Of a DNA stretch of 64,000 nucleotides, positions 26,901 through 40,800 are shown piece by piece. The position numbers were made by a program, and so were the translations under genes. Location of the stretch: NCBI GenBank assembly GCA_000934665.2, contig KZ538245.1:1-64000 (forward strand). The letters are read 5' to 3'. Source of the DNA: Catajapyx aquilonaris. Lineage: Eukaryota. Below the pieces are notes generated by a model. It made no database searches. It worked only from the letters and a program-made list of their open reading frames with translations, and had not been told where the DNA came from. Each line of letters starts with the position of its first letter. Within the stretch, counting starts at the first letter, position 1.

Positions 26901-28488
26901 TGCTATAGCAAGGCAGGTCCCCTCGGCGAGAGCTTGTGTATATGGCATGGCCATAGGCAGCCTTGAACTCTAAGCTTTGGCATTTCGCCCTTCAAACAGA
27001 TTGGCAACAAACAAGTTGATTCATTCATTCAATGCATCCGTTTGTTATCCTCGCACGTCTCATAGTATATAGTAGATGCGTATCGTCTGGGAACGGACAA
27101 AAACAAATAATACGCCGTATCGACCTGTGTACGTACGACAAAGGTGGTGCAATACCCAAACGTTTCAATAACAAAAATTTTTTGGCAACACTGTCCAGCC
27201 CGCTCTCAAATTGGACATAGTATGATTTGCCACTAACAGATGGCGCGCATCTACACTACTGCCATCTCACATGGCAACTGTAACTATACATGCACGTTGG
27301 TGATGAGTCAACACGCCTATCAGATGATTAATAGTAGAAATAATTTTTGATAAGATATTCGCCACCATTTTGAAACCATTTCACACAACTTTTTTTTAAA
27401 AAATGATGCAATTGCCAGAGAGTGTGACCTCTTGATGCAACAGCTTAACACATTAATAACCTATCCCAACGTTCGGACATTATATAAAATTGTGATGCGC
27501 AAGTTACAAGCTGATTGACGTACGGACTGATCCGGGACTATATACGCGTATATATATATGTGTGTGTACTTATATAGCGACCCGCACTTTATAAATACAT
27601 ATCCGCACCTCAGCCGGGAAGGATGTGAGTCTATGAATGGTCCAGCAAACGGTCAAGGGAACACAATGACCTAAAACACTGGCAAATCCGTGTGCCCTTG
27701 AATGTATACTGTGCGCATAATATCCTGCGTCTAAATTAAGACACAGTGGAACACATTCACACGTACGATTTATATTTGCATATATAGAATTGGCTGGGAA
27801 GTGACTTTGTCCCTACACGACTCGCGTAGTCACTCCACATGCACGTTGGTGATGACTCATCACCAACGTGCATGTAGTATCCCTAGTTACCACCATGGCA
27901 GCAGTGTGCGGAGAGTGACGATGCGCGCCATCTGTTTGTAGCAAATAGTACTAAGTCCAAGTGACGGGCAGTGTTGCCAAATTTTTTCGCTACTATTAAA
28001 GGGCAAGACAAATAAATGTTGTTGATTTTATATTATATGAAACTTATGGATGTTTTTTTTTTTGTTATCTTTCCAGAGGATGAAGCGCACCCTAACAGAA
28101 GTGGTTGGACTGTCCAAGATCTGCTCCAACAATACCCCTTGTGGATGGGAGGTGTACATACCATTTTCGCGTCGTTTCGACTACTTCATGGACAACACGT
28201 GAGTAAACATTTAAAAAAAAATCCAAATAATAATTGAAATGCTCAATGCCCATCATCAATTAAGCTCTTTAACTTTAAATTGCAATTCATTACAATGTGA
28301 ACTAATGTACTTTTTTTCTTCCTCTCTTCTCTCTGTACAGTTGCAAATGCCCAGCAAGCACCGCATGTGTCCTAACGGACGACGACCTGTCCGTCAGCGC
28401 GTATGTGTACCGATGCCGTCCTCTGGGTTCGTCTGCAGGCATGGAGACCTTCACCTCAGGAGTCAATGAGGATGAGACATCCAAATAA
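23991..28488 (+). CDS. Secreted six-cysteine propeptide (uncharacterised); exons 23991-24158, 28077-28198, 28341-28488
   Basis: Signal peptide (ILICACLLATSASLVLA), Ser-rich linker, furin-type RMKR, then ICSNNTPCGWEVYIPFSRRFDYFMDNTCKCPASTACVLTDDDLSVSAYVYRC. Splice phases are compatible (0, 2) and a TATA box lies about 125 bp upstream. Confidence 0.8.
25305..25394. mobile_element. 90-bp MITE with TA TSD
   Basis: TA|cactctaagaaatgtccgggttaaat...atttaacccggacatttcttagagtg|TA. Confidence 0.85.
26655..27985. repeat. Three related repeat copies (about 26655-26775, 27183-27315, 27837-27985 inverted) in the intron of the secreted-peptide gene
   Basis: Shared ggcaacactg..atggcgcgcat..tactgcca..catgcacgttggtgatgagtca. 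Confidence 0.7.
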
Positions 28489-29107
28489 AATATATTTAAA
28501 AAAAACAACAGCGGACACAACACGACGAAGAAATGGTCCAACTTCATAGAACATAGAAAGAAAAAAACAATTTAAAAAACAAACAATGGTTATATCATAA
28601 CGGCGGTGACGTATAGTCGAATGATGTTCCTTTCAAAGAGAGCAAGTCATACATATGTCATCCGCTTCCAATGTACGTGCCGGTACTTCATTAATTTATT
28701 TGCCCCCCCCCCCCCTCCTGCTCTCTTATGTGTACATAGTGTATTTAGTTTTATTACTCCCCAAAGTTTTCTGTAANCTCCCCCTCTGTTTTTTTTTGTA
28801 GTAGCGTATAGATATATGACATTTTACGGCTCAGTATTTTGTGTTTTGGAGCACAGTCAATAAACATGTGGATATTGACGATATCCACCCTTTCATTATT
28901 TATTTTTTACAAAACGAATTTTCAGGTACGTTTATTGCTTTTTTTTACGTCATGTATATAGGATACATGAGAAATACATCGCATTTAGTATTGAATTGGC
29001 CTGATCATCAAAATTTTGAAACAATAAGTTTTGTACACTTCCCACATTTCCGCCTAGATGTGCTTAATTTATTTATTTTTGTTCAATTTTAATTTTTTTT
29101 TTAAATT

Positions 29108-29600
29108 TATGAACAATTTTTTATTTTCATTAACAATTTATTTTAACGAACAATTTTTTATTTTCATGAACAATTTTCATGAACAATTTTTATTTTCATT
29201 AGCAATTTTCATGAACAATTTTTATTTTCATGAACAATTATCAAGAACAATTTTTATTTCAATTAACAATTTCCATGGACAATTTTTATTTCCATGATCA
29301 ATTTTCAATAGCAATTTTTATTTTCATGAACAATTTTTCATTTTCATGAGCAATTTTTTATTTTCATGAACAATTTATTTTAACGAACAATTTTTATTTT
29401 CATGAACAATTTTTATTTTCATGAACAATTTTTATTCTCACGAACAATTTTTATTTTCATGAACAATTATCATGAACAATTTTTATTATCATGAACAATT
29501 TTTATTATCATGAACAATTTTTATCCTCACGAACAATTTTTATTTTCATGAACAATTTTCAGGAACAATTTTCAAGAGCAATTTTTATTTTCACGAGCAA
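29108..29600. repeat. ~19-bp minisatellite (catgaacaatttttatttt)
   Basis: Directly visible tandem array. Confidence 0.9.
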
Positions 29601-29754
29601 ATGAAAGAATATTCGTTGAGAGCTGTGGTGGACATGCATGAGGTAATTTATATGGCTAAATAGTTTCATAGCAACAATTTCGCATCATCAGTTTTACTGC
29701 ATTTCAATTATTCGTCAAAACTTTTCCAGTTCAAATCCGATTCAAAAAAAAGCG

Positions 29755-29989
29755 CCTCCGTGACGTCACGCGTTCATCTGGCAACGTGCGCTAGTCCCCG
29801 CCCCCTCTTTTTCATCTATCTGGCAACCCTTGCGCAATCTGCACAACATGGCGGCGTCCATCGGAATGTTCTGAAATAATAATTTATCCTCTCTCTGGAT
29901 TTCTTCGTCGTTTCTCCGCCGTTCCAACTTCTTGACCTGGCCGCATCTGGACGGAAACGGGCTTGACCTTTGACCCTGCACATATTTAG
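29755..29989 (+). promoter_or_regulatory. Housekeeping-type promoter and non-coding first exon, inferred for NDUFA8
   Basis: TGACGTCA (29761), GC box ccccgccc, YY1-type aacatggcggc (about 29845) and a strong donor ag|GTGAGT at 29990. Confidence 0.6.
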
Positions 29990-30551
29990 GTGAGTGCCCT
30001 TCACACCGTATTAATCCCCTGCCATCAATTTGGTGCAGAAAACCATCAAGGTTAAATCATGATTATCCAACTTAGTGTAGACTAGTTATTAAAAGTGTGC
30101 GAAATTATTTGAAATTAAGTGTGAATATGACCCTGTGGAATGTTGGGTACGTAGGTGTAACGCTACGGGCAATCCCTTGAAGAGCATTACATCAAAGTTT
30201 ACTGTACAGTAGCTCCTATTTATTATTATGTACGGTCACCATCAAAAAATTGTCATAAATGTCTTTAATAGAAAACTAGCGACGTCGATTGCGATCGTCA
30301 CAATGTGCACCTATCTGTACTGTACATAGCGATTTGTAATCATAGCTCAGCATGTATTGTTTCTTTAAATATTCATAAGCGTCCAGATAATTTCATATGA
30401 AAATCATGGGATTGAAATGAAAGGTTTGCATGGTTGTTCGACCTCGCTTTTAATACCAGTAGGCACCGTCAAGAGCGTGGATTTTTTTTTTGAAGACGAT
30501 CCGAATTTAGGTCAGGTGTGAAAATAACGGTTTGCGTCTCAGGTCTCTTGA

Positions 30552-32675
<2,124 letters not shown>

Positions 32676-32853
32676 TTAAAGGTATTTTTTTTTCCTTCCA
32701 AAGAAAGAACAAACAAACAAGCAGACCAAAAAATGCTGTGGATGTGGAAAGTGAGAGGTTGAGAAGTTCGAAGGGGAGGCCGGCAGGTGGCAGGACCGGT
32801 CTGAAAAACCGCTTCCAAGTTGGAACGCGTCACTAACGGATCCGGAAATTGGG

Positions 32854-32928
32854 NNNNNNNNNNNNNNNNNNNNNNNNNNNNNNNNNNNNNNNNNNNNNNN
32901 NNNNNNNNNNNNNNNNNNNNNNNNNNNN
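32854..32928. other. Assembly gap (N run) inside the TRAM1/Ars2 divergent promoter region
   Basis: 75 N bases next to G-runs; YY1-type motifs (aaatatggcggc, aaacatggcgg) at about 33003-33041; probable non-coding Ars2 exon donor at about 33202. Confidence 0.9.
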
Positions 32929-33596
32929 GTCATGGGGGGGGGGGGAGAAAAAAATGTTGATTGAAATACAGTACTGTACTTGTTACATGTTGCGACTTGA
33001 ACAAATATGGCGGCCGCAAATGCCTTGATCAAACATGGCGGCTAATCTCGTGTGGGAAGTGGATGACGTCATTATAAGACAGTCAGTGGTTGTCAGCCAT
33101 TTTGAAATCGGCGGCATCGACGCCAAGAGGGGCGAATGTTCTCTGATTGAATCGAACGGGGGGCAGAAAAGTTTGAGGGCCGCCCGCCCCTGGGGTTGTA
33201 GGTGAGATTCTCTCTGCTTTTGGTTTGGAAATTGGGGGTTTTGTTGGAAGTATTTCCAATTTGAGGTTGATGGGTACACTTTTTGGGGGGGGGAGGGGGG
33301 AAGGGGTTGGGGAAATAGAACACTGTGGGTTGTGTAATAATTGAACATTTTAAGGCACCTTAGACCGACCCAATTGTTGCGGCTTCAGATCTGTCCGCGT
33401 ACAGGCTCGTTCACACAGGCCGTCTACGGTTTTTGGTCGACGCCGCGGACTCATGTAAACAAGCGTAACGCTGCGGCGTCAACGCGACCAAAGACCAAAA
33501 CCGTCGACGCCTTAATGGGCCTTAAAAAGTGCTGAAAACGATCCGACGCCATCGTCACAACAACAATATGAGTACTAAACAGCATCAACAAAAAAC

Positions 33597-33883
33597 CAAG
33601 GGGGTAGTCACTCCTCAAAAAAGTGTACACCGGCTCTCTTGAGTTGCAGCTCTCTTCGGCTCTCCACCGGCTCACCAGCAGGCTCACCCACGGTCTTATG
33701 GGCTCACCGATGCCTCGGAGAGCCGCACAGAGCCTCGGAGAGATGAGGAGAGCCTCGGAGAGCCAACTACGTCACAACCCGTGGGGTTGATGATATGACG
33801 TCAATATGGCGTAGTTTTCCCTCGGCTCTCCGCGGCTCACCAGTGAGGGTGTACACCGGCTCTCCAAAGTGACTACCCCCTTG
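33597..33883. mobile_element. MITE with 16-bp TIRs
   Basis: caagggggtagtcact...agtgactacccccttg, flanked by an imperfect ~8-bp direct repeat (aaaaaaac/caaaaaac). Confidence 0.75.
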
Positions 33884-34373
33884 CAAAAAACATTTGTTTA
33901 CCTCCCATTGTTGCGCGAGAACAAAATTGTGACGTCATTTTCGTTTCCCGCACTGTAGAGTAAACTTTATCGTAACGTACGGAAAACGAGAGTACGGTCC
34001 GACGTCGCCCAAGTTTTCCATGGAAATACCCCCTGCAGAACAGTATGAGTAAACAGTGTCAACAAATAAAAGGCAACAATGGTCGTCAGATCGTTATCTC
34101 GTTTTCCGCCCCCCGATGGTCCTTATCGCGGTGGTGGGGGTTTGCGCTTCTCCCATTACCCCAAGAGCTATGTCGGCGGTAGCTTCGTCTACTGGTAGGG
34201 CCTACCCAAGCCGGACAGGTCTTTGGGATAGGAGACAGACGAAGAGAGATGCCAGTCTTTCCTCTCTTCATTTTCCTGTTCGTTTCTCTCTCCATCTGTC
34301 CCACCTTCTTCTTATAGCCAGATAGCCATAGTTGCTTTGGCTTCTTCGCAATAAAGCCTAAAGCCTTGTTTTC

Positions 34374-34419
<46 letters not shown>

Positions 34420-34532
34420 GCATTACTCCATGGGGGGAGCTACCGACTCCTTAGGGGGGGGGGGGTGGATTACCACCATTGGTATTTATTGGAGCTAATT
34501 AAGAAGATCTTATTACTACGGGTATGTAGGGG

Positions 34533-34717
34533 ATGTCTCTAACAGTCATTTTGTGAGCTCCCCCGGGTGACTTAGTCTGTCGGAAATTGCCACCCGAAAT
34601 GAAGCCAGAGATGGCCCAACTCTGCACGGATAAAGGTGGGAACCCCGGGTGGGGATCGAACCGGTGACTTTAATATCCGTGGGTGCGAGCGTTACCGCTG
34701 CGCCACTTCACCTCCCC
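34533..34717 (-). mobile_element. tRNA-derived SINE, copy 2
   Basis: Near-identical to 13825-14007; GGTTCGATCC B box on the minus strand. Confidence 0.8.
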
Positions 34718-34880
34718 GTTTACCGATCATTATTTCGAATTGCAGCATGGAATAAAGCTACATAAATATGGAGCGTTAAGAATTTTACATCAATAACCCT
34801 GCGTTACATGTTATGGGGACACAACTAATAACACAGTGTTTCCCAGGTGAAGGAGGTATCTATGCTGATTAGGTGAAAGG

Positions 34881-37800
34881 ATGGCGGACAGTGACGACGA
34901 GTACGATCGGAAGAGGAGAGATAAGTTCCGTGGGGAGAGGAATGAGTACCGAGAGGGTCGCAGAGAAGAACGGCCCAGGAGAGACGATTGGACAGAAAGG
35001 TAGCCAAATCTCTCAAAACGTTTCATATTCAAGTAGTACTCGTTACTTTATTTCATATTTATTTGCTTATTTACTGTTCATTTACTTATTCTTAAATCAT
35101 AGTTGATTTACGATGTACTTATTTATTTGCTATTGATTTATTTACTGTTCATTTACTTATTCTTTGTAGTTAATTTACTATTTACTTATTTATTAGTAGT
35201 TTACAATTAATAAATTAATTTATGATATTGACTTTTATATTTAGTTACGCTTTTATTTACTTTTTTCTTTATTTCTTTATTATTAATTATTTATGTACAG
35301 TGTTATTTATTTCCTGTTGATTTACTTTTTGCTATTAATTATTTACTATTGTATTCATTTCCTCTTATTGACTTTTTTATTTACATGCTATTTTTATGTG
35401 TTGATTTATTTATTATTTTAATGATTTATTATTTATATATTTACGTATTTGTGTGTGTATTTAATTACCCTGGGATAGAGCAGAGATCTCTCAGGGAGAC
35501 AACCTTTGATTGCGGGACTCATGACTAAATTTAATTATCAAATAGGGACCAGTGGGCTCGAGGTCGTACTCGAGGCGAGTACAGAGACTATCGCGGGAGG
35601 GACAGCCGCTACAGCCCTGTGAGGAGCCATGACATTTCGCCCCCCGTCAAGCGCATGAGGACTGACTGGTAAGGAAATGTCAGCAGCACAGACGTGGACT
35701 TTGCTGATCAATATTAATTCTGCTTCAGGGAGGACAGGAGATACGGTCATGACAGTGGCTACAACAACTACAATTCTTGGGGAAACTACGACTACAGCAG
35801 TAGTCATTCCTCCTCCTATGGGAATCATTCGAGTAATCAGAAGTAAGATTATTTTTTGCAAACTTCCTGAAGCATGTTTTAAAATTCTTTGCCTGTTTTG
35901 CGCAAAAGTGCTGACGCTCTAAAATTTCATTAGCAGAGAGCCTGAGACTGGTCCAACGCAGCCTCCGATGCTGTCGTTCAAGGCATTCCTGGCCAGCCAG
36001 GACGATGCAATCTCGGACGAGGAAGCGATCCGGAAGTATAACGAATACAAACTTGAGTTCAAGCGGCAGCAGCTCAATGAGTTCTTTATGGCACATCGAG
36101 AGGAGGAGTGGTGAGTGACTTCGAGAATCTGCCTATTTTAAGAAAAGGAGACGAAGAAAAAAATAATAATTTGTGCTGGCATTAGCTTCATTATCTCTTG
36201 TTAGAAAAATGTGCAAGACCTTTAGTGTGTGGATGCCTTTTCAAATTTATTTACAGAGTTTTTACGTCAATCCAGTCACATTTACCCACACATTGAAGGT
36301 TGGCTAATTTTAATTTAACAGCTAATTGCGGCCAGAAAGAGAGTTTTTTTATCTGTACAGCTAACGAGTGCTTCTTTCCCAGCAGCAGTTTCTGGCCTAA
36401 AGGCCCAGGAACTTCCGGCGCTTTGATTTTGTGTGAGTGTTTCATGCACACACAAGCTCAGAAAATATGATTTGTGAATTCCTCCGTTTTATGTCTGCAA
36501 GAGAGGGGAGAGATCATCCCCGCCGCGTCTCATATAGTTAGGGCCGCACTGCGCACAATGCAGTTGCAGATTACGGAAATGCGAGAGTTTCGGTTCAGGC
36601 TTAGCTAGGGGGGGCCCTCCCCGTGGCCCCAATCTCGGTTTTACATTCGCTTCGACTTTACGTTGTCCAATTTATCACTCCCTCAGGGGCTGATGCAACT
36701 CTTGACAGGTGAGATACTATGATCCCCCATAACACCAAAAACAATATTTAATGAATAAAAACACAAGGCTTTTTGTTGTGGTATGTACTGTACAAATTAT
36801 TATTATTTTTTTGGGTGGCCTCATTTTAGTTTTCTTTTTTATTATGTACGGTCGTGAGCATAAAGATTTAATACTCACGGCTGTACATATTATGTAAATA
36901 CCAGGCGGCAGACATTCAAGCTCAAACCGTATTAATTTGGCAACATTTTTTGTAAAATCCGGTTGCATTTCAAGTCCATTCGAGGCATATCCCCAATGGA
37001 AGTTTAAGCATTAAAATGACAGCAATTGCTAAATTAATTTTTTTCAAATTATCGCACGTAACGTGGCAAAATAATTTTGCTTCAAATTTTCCTACGTAAT
37101 CTGGAAAAATAATTTCGCTTCAAACTTTTGTATGTAATTGGGAAAAATTATTTCGCTTCAAATTTTTGTACGTAATTAGGTAAAATTATTTCGCTTCAAA
37201 TTTTTGAACGTAACCTGGAAAAATTATTTCGCTTCAAACTTTTGTACGTAATCTGGAAAAATAAAATTGCTTCAAACTTTTGTACGTAATCTGGAAAAAT
37301 AAAATTGCTTCAAACTTTTGTACGTAATCGGGAAAAATTATTTCGTTTCAAACTTTTGTACGTAATCTGGAAAAATTATTTTGCTTCAAACTTTTGTACA
37401 TAATCTGGAAAAATAAAATTGCTTCAAACTTTTGTATGTAATCGGGAAAAATTATTTCGCTTCAAATTTTTGTACGTAATCTGGTAAAATTATTTTGCTT
37501 CAAATTTTCCTACGTAATCTGGCAAAGATTTATTACTTGATGTGTCTTTTTTTTCGTAAATGCAGCATCGCAATGTTTGACCAAAAGAACTGCCCTGGTT
37601 TTAATGTGTCTCATTGTTCGTGATGTAATCACACAATCGCACCAGTGCCGTTTTATGTAGCACACGATTGTTTCAAATGGAGAAAAAAAAATGGGGTTCA
37701 AAGCCTTGCCACTTTGTCCACTGTGTCACGATTTGTGATTGTTCAACTCATGTACTTAACGGAGTTTGGGAAGCGCATGATTTCATTGCAGATGAAGGTA

Positions 37801-40800
37801 ATTGCGATGATCTTTGTGTAATTGCGTTACGTGTCATTATTTCGGTTGCGAGTTTTAAAAGTCAACAGGACATGATGTGTGCTTCCCAAAATTCCTAAGA
37901 GAGTTGGAGGACATGTAATTAGATTGTAATTAGACATGTCCTCCAACTTAATTGCTTTACAAGCCAAGCGGCTCACGTCCTATGAACGTGAACTAGTTTG
38001 GCGGTGAAGCGACAAAATGTGACCCGCATTTATTGATTGTAGCGTGGAGATTGCAAGTGCGGCACTTACATGCGAACAGTTCTGATATGCTCATTGTCTT
38101 CTGTAGGTTTAAAGTTAAATATCATCCGGAAGAATGTGTCAAGAGGAAAGAGGAACAAATGGCTGCGCTGAAGGTAACATTTTTTTTGCCGTACACATTG
38201 GGTGCGTTACCTAGTCATGCGTTTATTTTTTTTTCCAGCGTCGAGTTGACGTTTTCACTGAGTTTTGGGAGGGCGGCAGAATTGACGGAATTACCATCGA
38301 TGCGGACCAATCGGAGAAGCTGGTGCGTTTGCTGGACGCCGTAGTTATCAAGCTGGAAGGAGGATCTGACTTCGACCTGAAGGTTTTGGATGAACCTCCT
38401 CCGCCTGAGAAGCCATCGGAGTCTGAGGAAGCTCGGCCGTACATTCTGGGAGAAGAGTACGTAGGCTTGTTGTCGCTTTTCCCAGGTCATTGGACTATAG
38501 CAAATTGAAGTCATTTGCTTTTATTTTCCACCCAGCGTATACAAGACCACTGATACCTCATGCAAACTACCCTTACCTGGATGTCCCATCTCCTTTACCA
38601 TCTCCAAGTTTCATCCTGGACAGGACAAACCCATCCACAAAAATTTGGGACACCTAATCGAAGATTATTGCTTGATTTGGAATTGGTAGAAAATCTTGAC
38701 TGAAATGAGAGCGTCACATTTTATTCCCCAATTTATTAACGAGCCCGCCGTTTTATTTAGAACCAATTAAATATTTTTTTGCGGGGGGAGGGCCGCAATG
38801 AAATTAATTTAGCTGTACCACTAGTCCACGTCGTCTGATTGTAATTTTTTTTTGTTCTTCCAGTAATGACAAGCAGAAGTCGAGGACAGCAGCATCGACT
38901 CCAGACTCTCAGAAGGATCCGTCCCAACCGCTCAAACTGGCCATATCGTCAGAGCAGGTTGAACTTCAGCGCAAGGCCAAGGAGTTCCTCAGGCAGAAAA
39001 GTGGCGAAGGTGAATTTGTCAGCAAATGCAATTATTTCAAAATGTGATTTAAAAAAAATATAAAACCAAATGTTCCGTTTCTTTCAGAAGGTGGTACGAA
39101 GAGGAAGAGAGAGTACGACTCGGAGAGCGGAAGCGAAAGTGGGGAAGAAGCTGACGAGCCAGCTCCACCAGGTGTGATATATTTCATTTAGAAAGAAGCC
39201 AGACCATTCCCGCGAGTAATTCATGATTAGACATTTATGAGCACAGTAATTGATTTCGTGCTGGTTTTAATTTGCGTAAGGCGTTGGAGGATTTAACTTG
39301 GGGTAACTCGTTTTATTAGGTATGGAGGAGTCGAACGCAGGCTCGGAGAGCAAGGGTCCAGAGGAGAAGGGTGAGGACGTTGAGGAGGGTGAGGACGGTG
39401 GAGAGGACGAAGAGAATGATAAGTCCGAGAAGTCTCCAAGTGCGAGCGCTTCTCCTAAGAAAGTGGAAGGTGACAAGAGTGCGGAGAACAAAGATGAGGA
39501 AGCCGCCAACGATGAGGTAGTTTTTACCTGAATTTAAATTGTCGTTAGAAAATAATTGTGGCTTTAATTACGCTAGGCTAAGGAGAAGGAGAAAGAACCG
39601 CAGAAGGAACGATCTGTCTCCCCCGAAGGCAAGGCGGATAAGGAGGACGATGAAGAGCGGAAGGACGACGAGGACGATGCGGAGAAGGAGAAGGATCCGA
39701 AGCCTCATCCGCTTCACAAGACAGCGTCCATCTTCCTTCGAAACCTTGCGCCGTCTATTACCAAGCAGGAAGTTGAGGCTGTAAGTTGACTTCATGTACG
39801 TTCGTGCACATTCGCTGACGTTTGTTCCGCAGATGTGCAAGCGGTACCCTGGCTTCCTTCGTGTGGCCATCGCCGATCCGCAGCCTGAGCGACGTTGGTT
39901 CCGCCGCGGTTGGGTGACCTTCGAGCGGTCGGTGAACATCAAGGAGATCTGCTGGAACCTGAACAACATCCGATTGCGCGATTGCGAACTGGGCGCAATC
40001 GTGAACCGCGATCTTAGTCGTCGCATCAGAACCGTGAATGGGGTCGCATCGCACAAGCAGGTGGTCAGACACGACATCAAGTTGGCCGCCAGGATAATCC
40101 AGAATCTGGATGCGAAGTGGGAGCTCTGGGGAAGCCAAGGGGCGGCACCAGGCAACGATCAACAGGAAAAGCAGGACCAGGAGGTGAGAAATGCATGATT
40201 GTCGTCATGAATTTGCAGAAGGATTACCGTAATGGTTTTGTATGAAATTTCGCAGCCCGGTTTCGGTGGTTTGGCATCTCGTAACCCGATTTTGCACAAC
40301 ATTACCGATTACCTTATCGAAGAAGCTTCTGCGGAAGAGGAAGAGCTGTTGGGACATTCGGCGGATCAGGAGGAAGGGCAGGTCAACGAGGATGGAGCCA
40401 CGATCGAGAGGGACGATGAGCTTATCAAGGTTCTGGACCGTTTGCTGCTGTACCTGCGCATCGTGCACTCTGTGGATTATTACAATCACGCCGAGTATCC
40501 CAGCGAGGATGAGATGCCCAACCGTTGCGGGATCATGCACGCTCGAGGCATCCCTCCCTCTTCGAAGGTGAGCGCCCATCATTTTTTAATAACATAATCG
40601 TTGGGGTCTCGGTTAAATATTTTATGACCATCTAATGCGTTTGCAGGTGACTCCTCCGGAAGTGTCGGACTACTGTTCCGCCTTCGAGCAGAAAGTGGCC
40701 TCGTTTCTTCAGCCTTCCAGCCAGGTTGTGGACGACGAGTGCAAGAAACTGGGGCTGAAGAATCCCGAAGCGTATCCTTTCCGGCAGAACATTAGGCCGG

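Noticed and set aside
37065..37525. Regularly spaced ~39-bp repeats resembling a CRISPR array
   Set aside because: No unique spacers, the context is a eukaryotic intron and there are no cas genes; it is a minisatellite.
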